From Octopus vulgaris (lineage: Eukaryota): 64,000 nt of DNA. The stretch is from positions 178,994,001 to 179,058,000 of the forward strand of contig OX597814.1 of assembly GCA_951406725.2 (NCBI GenBank), read 5' to 3'. Every line of letters begins with the position of its first letter. The stretch's first letter is position 1. A program made the position numbers and the translations under genes. Shown here one piece after another: positions 54,591 through 64,000 of this stretch. The notes under the pieces are model-generated. The model had not been told where the DNA came from. It made no database searches and saw nothing but the letters and a program-made list of their open reading frames with translations.

Positions 54591-56289
54591 GAAGAGACAG
54601 GCTTGCAGGCAGACATATATATTCATATACATATCTTCTTCGGTCAACCATACCGACATACCTACGTATATATATATAGCAAACTATTCCTTAGATGGTT
54701 GTTTAACCTACAACTCACACACATATGTATATGTATTTGTATGTATGTACTATTTATATATGCATGCATACACACAGCTCTATGCAAAAGCTACCCTCAC
54801 TCCTCTCTCTGGACAACATAAAATATAGCACTGAGCACTGAGAACAATACAAATATCAAACTACTTTGCCTCGATATTGCTGTTAAATATATGTGATATC
54901 AACCCATCACTCACTGCCCCAAAATGAATGATCCCATACATAGTGAGTATGAAGAAATTGAGATAGGGAGGGACAGAATAAAACTATTGAGAACCTATTT
55001 TGGGTGCGAAATTCTAATCTCCTTGTTTGAAAGCATAGGAATCAGAAGAAATTTAGGAAAAAAATCAGTGGTGGGGCGCAAATGTCACCTCGGACATGAT
55101 AGAAACGACAGGTAAACGACAGGAGTTCTGGGAGAACAACCTTTTATATTTATACACTCATCATAAACACGAATAGAAAAAAGGTAATTTCAATTCGATT
55201 TGAGCAGCAATTTTGCCCGTGCACATAGTAAGAAATAACATAATTTACACAGAAATTTTACCTAGAGTGTGAGTGTCTTAGTGTGTATGTGTGTGTATGC
55301 ATGTTCGCGCATATGAGTGAGTGTGTGCTATAGGAAGTTATTTTAAGGCATTCTTTCGTTGGAAGTACGAAAGTTGTCATATGTTCCATCATATGAGATC
55401 CTATGTTTTTGTTAATTTCCGTAAAGATTTTGTATTTCTTTATGCTTTAAAGAGAGCAGAAATTGAAAGACTGGAAAGGGAAGAGATGAGGAAGTGAAAG
55501 ATGTAAGTACGTGTATATGAATTGGACGTGTGTGCGCAGAGTGTCATAGAGAAATAGGGTGAATGAAAATGTGTTTTATCATGTATGTATTTTTTGCATG
55601 TATGTGGAAATGACACTCAGTTACTCTCTCAATATCACACGCACACATGTATTATCTTTCATATACACGTGCATAAATACATATGCATACATCTTTTATG
55701 TATGAATGTGTGCGTGTGCATGTGAAAGAGAAAGTGGGTGACTGTATTTCCTCATAACATACAAAGAAATGGATGTCTTTTAAGGCACACACTCATACAG
55801 AAAATGTGACATCGTCGTCGTGGATTAAAATGTTGTTAGGATAGTTGAATTATAGAAAGATTACAATGTTAATTTTTTGTAATTCAAGTATGTAAATGAA
55901 AATAAAATTATTTGTTAACCGAAAGATTACTGAGTCTTTTGATAGCCCATACGTCAAAATTGGCAACTCGATTGTATTCGTTAATTTCTGTAATTTTTTT
56001 CCCTTATAGTTTGAAGAGAGCAGAAACTGAAAAAGCAAAGGAAGTGAAACCGTTACATTTGCTTTGAGGTGAGAGCAGAAATGGAAAGAGAGGAAAAAAT
56101 GAAAGATGTAAGTACGTGTATATGAAATGGACGTGTGTGTGCATGTGTGTGTGTATATATGTGTGTGTGTGTCTGTGTGTTTTAAAGTTAAATTAAATAT
56201 AAATAAGTTCAGTTTATAGTTAATAAAAGAATGAAATAATAGTTTATACAATATAAAGTTATGAAAATTTGTATATATCTAAGTACAAA

Positions 56290-56384
<95 letters not shown>

Positions 56385-56563
56385 ATATATATATATATGT
56401 ATGTATATATATATGTATGTATATATCCCAATTATTTTAAGGAAATTAATTCCCCCCAAATACTAGTATATACTTGGATGAAGCGCCGTCCCTTCATGGG
56501 GTTAGCACAACCTCTAATCGAGTACATAAATATATGTAAATATATGTAAATATATATGTATAT

Positions 56564-57064
56564 AACAATGATAAATATCAAAGTGAGTTATATACAGTAG
56601 CGGTAACACATCGTGACGTATTTTTGCCATTTCAATATGGCTAACCCCTAAGGAAAAACTACAGTAGCATCCACCCTTAGGGGTTAGCCATATTGAAATG
56701 GCAAAAATACGTCACGATGTGTTACCGCTACTGTATATAACTCACTTTGATATTTATCATTGTTTGATTTCACTTTTTCAATATCAGCGACAGTGGACGC
56801 TGGAAAAAGTATAAGTATTTGTGAAGGAAATCTAATTCTCGGCGACAACTATGATTGTCACACGCTGACGAGAGGTCAATACCTCGAAACTCGAGTCCGT
56901 GTGTATCATAAGTTGAAGACGGGAAGGATGACTTCCCTTTGCAAATACTGACAGGACACAGATAGTGTGTCTATGGCCAGCTGGAGGAGTGTGTCCTCCT
57001 GGGGCTAAAAACTACAGTAGCATCCACCCTTAGGGGTTAGCCATATTGAAATGGCAAAAATACG

Positions 57065-57068
<4 letters not shown>
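56564..57068 (+). mobile_element. Retrozyme-like or PLE-terminal-repeat-like non-coding element: 353-nt unit with 62-nt terminal redundancy and a 90-nt inverted 5' extension
   Basis: 56654-56715 equals 57007-57068. 56564-56653 is the exact reverse complement of 56675-56764. It holds an intact HHR and is flanked by TA-rich sequence. Confidence 0.8.
56859..56903 (+). ncRNA. Intact type I hammerhead ribozyme
   Basis: Stem I cacacg/cgtgtg; CTGACGA at 56865-56871; stem II gaggt-caat-acctc; GAAA at 56886-56889; palindromic stem III ACTCGAGT; GTC at 56895-56897 (predicted cut after 56897). Confidence 0.92.
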
Positions 57069-57113
<45 letters not shown>

Positions 57114-57127
57114 GTGTGTTTGTGTGT

Positions 57128-57915
57128 TCAGGGTGCGATGGGTAAATACTCGCCATTGATATCTTTAATTTCGCGCATGCTCACTATCTGAATTTGATGA
57201 CTACACGATATGGTATGGTCAGTTGGGTAAACAGTACCATGACTCAATTTAGTATCCCGGAAATGACAATACGAACAGATGGTGAACATACAGAACAACT
57301 GTTGGTTTGCTTTGTCCCCATAACGTACCGAGACGGATAAAAGTCCAACATGCAGCCAACATCATGGTGTTTGGAGTGATCACTAGTCATAGTGACGTTA
57401 TGCCACCATTCATCTGCCCACACGGCCTCAGACTCAATACGGAAAACTACATCAAGTGCCTGTAGGAAGTAGTGCTGCCCTCGGTCAAGAGTATGTCTTC
57501 TGTGTTTGGCAACAGGCCTCTGCGACATGCCACACAAGCAGGAGGACCCTAACATGGCTGTCAGACAATTTCTGCGACCACATCACCCCTAATATCTGGT
57601 CACCTAACTCCCCAGACCATAACCCCACTGGTGTTTATGTGTAGGGCTGAGTTGAACGACAGACCAACAAAACTTCTTGTAACACCAAAGATTAACTGAA
57701 GGCAAAGGTATGGCAGAATTCCCCAACTTAAGGAAGAAGACGGTCCACAAGTGTTGTAGGAGATTCTGAAGTCGTCTGGAGGGTGTGGTTAAAGTCAATG
57801 TCGATTTTATTGAATAAATTCACTCTTTAATATTTCAAGATATCTTTATGGAATTTTGGTAAATATATCTGTTAAAATGGGATGCGGGTGTTATTTTCAT
57901 TTTTGCGTAATGTAG
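57128..57915 (+). mobile_element. Tc1/mariner-superfamily remnant (maT/DD37D-like)
   Basis: IMVFGVITS..VMPPFICPHGLRLNTENYIKCL and VWQQASATCHTSRRTLTWLSDNF..IWSPNSPDHNP, with stops and frameshifts. Confidence 0.8.
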
Positions 57916-57917
57916 AC

Positions 57918-58094
<177 letters not shown>

Positions 58095-59334
58095 TTGTGT
58101 GTGTGTGTGTGCGTGCATAAATATATATACTTACTAGTGGAATTTGGAAATCACTTTCACCATTTCCTCCTGAAAATATATGTCTACTTATAAGAATTGA
58201 ATGCTTTCAGATAATGTTTGATGATCTTTATGAATGATTATATGAGTATACTTTAAGCACACGCACACACAGACGCGCGCACAAACACAAACATATATGT
58301 ATGTAAGAGGGTTGCATGCGTCCACATATATGTATATACACATGTAATATATGTATAGTTATATACACACAAACATACAAAACATACACATATATTTTGT
58401 TTGTGAGATTTAGTTTTGTGCTGGTCGCGTGATCAATCTGTGTTGGTCTGTTATGTAGAGAAATATGAGTGTTGCGACTGGTTCCCTTCAAATATGCATT
58501 ATCAATATAAACTATTCAGAAATCATATCCGATGGCCATTATATATTTAGTACTTTAATGCATCATTGATTTTCTTGCTCTCTAGCAAATATTTACAGTA
58601 TATTTCCTCTCAATTTTTGTGTGAAATCTTTAGAAAATAGATCAGATTTAGATGCGTCTACAAATTTTTTTCTCTTTACGCCTGTCGCGTTTAATGGTGT
58701 ATCTTAGATTATATCTTGTCTTAAAATATGGAATTCACGTGACAGTGTATAAATTGCTTGAAAACGTTGTGCCTTTGATATTAACCTACAAAAATATAGA
58801 ATATATTGAGTAACCAAGCAACCACAATTATTTGTGATTTTATATTTCAGAATGTGGGCCATGACGAAAGTATAAAATTAGTTAGAATAAGAAGAAAACA
58901 TTAAAATGAGATGAAAACATGCAAGAACAATGCAAATAATAACTTTTACTTTGGATTTATTTAATTCTTTCATGTTTTGCTTAATTTTGATAATATTGCC
59001 ATCTAAAATAGGCAGAAAGCCAGAAGATTCCTACGACGGAGGAAATTAAATTATCCAGAATCTGGGTTCAAACATTTTTTAATTGATTTCAGAAGAATAT
59101 AAGATAAAGTGTAGCTTTAAGGCATTGAGCATAATGTGCCGATCTATTATTTCAGGGTACTTCGTCCGATACTCTAACGTTTCTGAATATTAATAGCAAT
59201 AGAAACTCAGACATTACGGCAAGTCTTTTGAATGGGGTCTTGGATTCCATAAATTCCATTTCTAGATTGGTGCTGTTGATAACGATAATGCTAATATGAA
59301 AATATCTAGCATAGGCAGGACACATTTTGTGAAT

Positions 59335-59674
59335 GAAGGTTTACTGGGATGATAATACACCAATTCACATAGCTAAAGTTGTTACTAAATATCACGCGGA
59401 ACATTCTTGTGAAGTTGAACATCTTATCTGGCCATCACAGTCCCCAGATCTCAATATTATTGAACATTTATGGTTATCTTCCGCCATAATCATTACAAGA
59501 ACTGGAGACTGTTTTAGCTGAAGAATGGACAAAGATTCCTTGGGAAACACTTCAAACCTTGCACGAATCTATACCTTGTAGAATTTAATCTGTAATTACT
59601 GCCAAAGGCGCGCCTAACCCATTTTGACATAAATTTGTTTGAAATTTTAAGGTGTTTCCATTATTTTGTCCAAC

Positions 59675-59678
<4 letters not shown>
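59335..59678 (+). mobile_element. Tc1-like (DD34E-type) transposon 3' fragment
   Basis: DDNTPIH..WPSQSPDLNIIEHLW; TIR-like tttccattattttgtccaacccct followed by TA. Confidence 0.88.
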
Positions 59679-59715
<37 letters not shown>

Positions 59716-59716
<1 letters not shown>

Positions 59717-59960
59717 TTTTGATGTTGCATATTTCTTTTATCAATTGAAGTAGGAATTGCCTTCTAACAATTTGAATTTTTATTATCTTACAATAGACAA
59801 TATATGCATTCATGCAAGCAAGATCGATGATGTTGAAGAAAACAGATTGACCACCTTCTCGTTCCTTGTAGATAGTTGGTTTTCTTTGGTATATATTGAT
59901 GGCACCGGATATACTACGGTTTCCCCTGTTGCATTGTGTTACCCTAATGTGCACTGTGAA
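59716..59960 (-). mobile_element. piggyBac-like transposase C-terminal remnant
   Basis: VFFNIIDLACMNAYIVY..RRQFLLQLIKEI matches the piggyBac pattern F..l.D.A..NA.I.Y...RR.F...L. Confidence 0.7.
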
Positions 59961-60894
59961 TTCCTGGGTCTGGCATTTTCTTATATGTTCCCTCACGGAA
60001 TTGTCTGCCTGCATGTTTTCTTATATGCGTGTGTGTAAATTTCTTGTGCTTTCTATGTAGGATACGCCACATTTGCCACAATGATCTTGAATACAACATA
60101 GGATCTCGTATATAACATAGGGTTAGAGTCTTTGATGGGGTAGCTCGATAATGTGCACTCCTCGGAATGGTTAAAGGTGCTGTTCGTGGACAGAGCTTTT
60201 CTCAGGAATGGGCCGGTTTGCACTACCTGTATATCGAGTCCTTCCCTGCGGACCGCGAGTGGTATCGCTGCTGTAATTCTGTCATCAAAATGTGGTAGCT
60301 AACGAGAAGTTATATAGAATGAATGAAGTATCTAAAGAGAAAACGTATAGAATGAAGGAAGTAAAGTCAATTTATTTGCAGTAAAGTTAGTCTCAAACAA
60401 GACAATTAATCATGTTAGTGTGGAAAAGACCAAATAAAAGTGAAATGTGATTTCACTTTTGCATACGAAATCAAAGCCGTTGCAAGAAAATCTAATAAGA
60501 AAAAATATCTTATTTAAATCATTAATGTAATTACCTCGACGACAGGTGTTTTAATGAAAAGCGTAAAATTCTTGATAGCATACAGCTAAGATTTGTCAAA
60601 TGATAGGCTCAGCAAGATTCACTTTCATAGACCATATTATGTAGAAGAATATATGATAAGGAACATATTTTTAAAATAGCTAGTCTTCTGTATTTGGACA
60701 TCAATATTACTACTTTTACTACAGTACTGAAGTATTCGCCAAATGATACTTAGTCTGTTGTTATATGCTTTAAAAATGATAATAAACAGTAGGAGAATTC
60801 AAAGCGAAAAGGAAGAACAACAGAACAAGCAAATAAAAAGAAATAGAATTACAAGACTAAATCAGGGAAAAAAACCGAGCATGTTGGTAGTAAA

Positions 60895-61565
60895 GATCAT
60901 CGTCATCACTGTTCGACCGTGGTCGAGACAATGAAATTTACCATGCTACGCCAGACTTCACGGTCCATCATGGCATTACGGAGGTCCTGTTGCTGGATGC
61001 CTGTATCCCTGGAGATACATCAGGGTAGGAGAGTGTGCGCCCTCTGGTATTGCGAATAGATGGCTTCCAGAGGAGAAGAGTAGAAATTGCCTCGTTTTCA
61101 GCTCTACAACAATGTCCAGCAAACTGGACTGTCCTACCTTTCACAAGAGATGACACAGGTGGTAGTTTCCCATATATTTGCATTTTGATTGGATGACGCT
61201 TCCACGAGAGATTTTGAGCTCTCATAAGGAGGCGAGTGTAGGTTCCATCCAACCGCCTCTCAAGCTTCTTTGATAACGTCCAGGTTTCTGAGCCATATAG
61301 TAGAATTGGTTCGACTGTGGCTTTGAAGATTTCAAGTTTGAAGTCTTTACTTAGATTTGATGACCAGATCTTATGCATGTCATTACAAGCTGACCAGGCC
61401 ATACCCTTTCTAGTTAGAAAATCTTTTCCAGATGATGATATGTATGACCCAAGATATTTGTAATCAGAAATCACATTTAAGGGCGCATTGTTGAGAGTAT
61501 GGATGATGCAATCACTGTTGGACAGGCACTTGTTTATATATTCAGTCTTGGCCTCATTGAGTAAA
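60895..61565 (-). mobile_element. RTE-clade LINE 3' fragment
   Basis: DYKYLGSYI..AWSAC..IW..FKATVEPILLYGSETWTL..RLDGTYTRLL..FAGHCCR, followed by a short (GAT)-like tail. Confidence 0.92.
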
Positions 61566-61594
61566 GAAGGATGGTTCTGAGTAAGAGACAGGAA

Positions 61595-62160
61595 TCTGAA
61601 ACAAGATATAGAAACACTAATTATACTCGGTAAGGAACAAGCTATTAGAACAAATCTGCTAAAGGCAAAGATTGACGAAATTCCATCGAATAGTAAATGT
61701 AGAATTTGTTGGAAAGATGACGGAAGTTTCTGTCGTTTCTTAAGTACAAGACTATAATCGCACTAAAGACTATAATCGCAGTCATGACTGTATTGGTAAA
61801 AGAGTGCACTACGATGTTAGCCGAGTGAGTGGTGTCAAAATAGAAAAACAATGATATGAACACGTACTAGGGTTTGTGATAGAAAATAGAGTAAATTCGT
61901 AGACCTTGTAGTTCCCTATGAGAGCAGAGTAAGCCGATACCAAGGCAACTGAAAAAAATTGAGAAATAGCAGGATCTAGCCAGAGAGCTGGGTTGACTAT
62001 GTAACTCAATGATAACAATTATACTTGTGGTATCGGTGAAGTTGGTTCAATGACCAAAATGCTACCTAAAGGAGATTGGAATTAAAATTCGCATTGTCGA
62101 TCAGCAGAAACGTACCATCATATATTCTGTAATAATTCCAAGAAAGATTCTTGAGTTTTG
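61595..62160 (+). mobile_element. R4/Dong-clade LINE 3' fragment, decayed
   Basis: LKQDIETLII..EQAIRTNLLKAKID..SKCRIC and a terminal QKRTII...RKILEF*. Confidence 0.8.
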
Positions 62161-62669
62161 AGGAAACTCGTCCTCGTTAGACAATCACTCTAATTTCATT
62201 TGACTTAGCTACTCAGATGTGTTATTCAGAGATGAGAAATGAGAAGAATCATGAGACAGTACAAAAAGAAAATGCCATGCGTTATTTCTTCCGGCCCTTC
62301 GCAATATAGGTTCATACTGCGCCGAAACCCACCTTTACTTTCATCTTCCGAACTTCGGCAAAATAACGCAGCATTCAAGCACAGAATTCGATAGAATGAA
62401 CTAGGTTCCCGTTCTCAAAACAGCTGAATTGTGCCCTGTATCAGAAAGCATTATCAAACCTATGAACGGGCGTTCTTTATAGCATCGGAAATGTTTGCTT
62501 GGCAGTATTTGCTCTGGTTCTTAGCGTTCTCCGTTTCAACCATACTGAAGTCAACTTCCCCTTTTATCCTTTCGGGTTCGACAAAATAATGTCTAAACCA
62601 TGTACCAGGAATGATGATGTCCCTTAACAACCTCTCCAAAACTCAGGTATTTTTCAGACGGTGACCTGG

Positions 62670-63300
62670 CAAAATTGTTTTCTCTTCTGTCTAACGTGCT
62701 CTCGTTGAATTTCATTTTTGTCCTTTTCCCTTAATCTACAGTTAATCACTTTTTCTTTACCCAGTCTTCAGTGGTTTCTCTGTGCTGAGCTGTAAATATT
62801 CTAGTAAGGTGTTGCTTTCCCTCTGTACACACTTCCAGAGCAATTAGGCCTCTTCTATACTGCTCCCACATCAGCTGCAGCCGGTTGATATCACCTTTTG
62901 GATAGTAGGATCCGTACATTGTCAACAGCTTTCTAGTTTTTGCTCCACTTTACAATATCAACTCCATATCTCATTTGGGGTAATGCTCTCGCTTTTATTG
63001 CTGCAATAACATTTTTTTGAATTCAGCTTAGAACTCAATAATGTTCTCAATCTTGGAAACTCTCTAATGGTAATTTGCTTCATATCTTCAAGTCTTACTT
63101 CATCTGCTTCTAGTATCCACAAATACGTATACCACAGTCCTTTCAATTCCCTGGCTTCCTTCAAACCGCACTTTACGATCCCAAAGTCTATACCTCCACC
63201 ATTTGACAAAATGCGAACATTATTGTACAAGGCTTTCTCATTTTTCGCATAAATCTTTATATCACTCATAAAAAGGAGATTATATAATTTCCCAAATAGC
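62670..63300 (-). mobile_element. R4/Dong-clade LINE RT fragment, decayed
   Basis: NLLFMSDIKIYAKNE..GIDFGIVKC..YTYLWILE..LLSSKLNS, compared with the family pattern HLLFMDDLKLYAK..GMEFG..KC. Confidence 0.82.
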
Positions 63301-63392
63301 AAGTTATTTTAAATTTTCGCAATATCAAACTGAGCGGCATCATGGTCGATACAAATAGTAATGGATTATTTATTATTATTATTATTATTATT

Positions 63393-63427
<35 letters not shown>

Positions 63428-64000
63428 TATTAGGCTATGTGAGAGGGCTATGTGAAAACGCTGAAAACTTGTATGGAGAGGGTTGCTACTGTAAGGCCTT
63501 GTGTATTACAACAGCATCCGCCTATTTGCTATACCACCGAAGTGAGTCAAAATTGGTTATCAGAGTATTTCTACAGCTTCCCCAGTCCCAATTTCTGACC
63601 TCCGAACTGCTCCCGATAATATACCTACTGATTATGATGTGAGGGGCGCAGATGAAAAAGACTGTTGTTTGGATGTCCCCAGACGATGAAGTAGACTAGC
63701 TCAATACGTAGATAAAAAGGGAGAAGTATAGACGTCAGAGGAGAGTAGAGAGTCGAAGTTGAGTAGTAGAGGCATCCGAACGTGCGACATAACAAAGACA
63801 TTAACCACATTGGTAACAACACGAAGGCTGAGCAGATGGCCAAAATCAAGATGTTCAGTAATATTACGACGGACAAGTGAGGAACGTATCCGTGAACTCT
63901 CAGACCCGTCTGCAGGACGCGGCTGAACCTGAGGACGACAGCATTGAGTAAACCATTATCTCACCACTATAATCTAGTTATTGAATATATACTAGCAGCT

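Noticed and set aside
63430-63950. GC-richer segments (also 60080-60300 and 26160-26640) that may be old LINE remnants
   Set aside because: No diagnostic motif could be read with confidence.

Overview
AT-rich, gene-poor animal genomic DNA, most likely an intronic or intergenic stretch of a coleoid cephalopod (Octopus-like; inferred from the SINE families and microsatellite density). No host protein-coding gene could be assembled, and most ORFs in the track are translations of (TA)n, (CA)n, (GATA)n, (CATA)n or (AAT)n microsatellites. The window is mostly decayed transposons. These include at least four tRNA-derived SINE families, three CR1/L2-group LINE copies, RTE fragments, several R4/Dong fragments, a Hero endonuclease fragment and a decayed L1/Tx1 element. 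There are also two Neptune-type Penelope-like elements (PLEs), a non-autonomous Helitron with both ends, and mariner, Tc1 and piggyBac remnants. The most notable signal is a set of type I hammerhead ribozyme (HHR) motifs with palindromic stem III. One is intact and lies in a highly structured, non-coding 353-nt circularly permuted unit (56654-57068) that looks like a retrozyme. Another lies in the 3' region of a PLE. A possible permuted HHR core sits in the Hero 3' UTR. All calls were made by eye; boundaries of decayed repeats are approximate.
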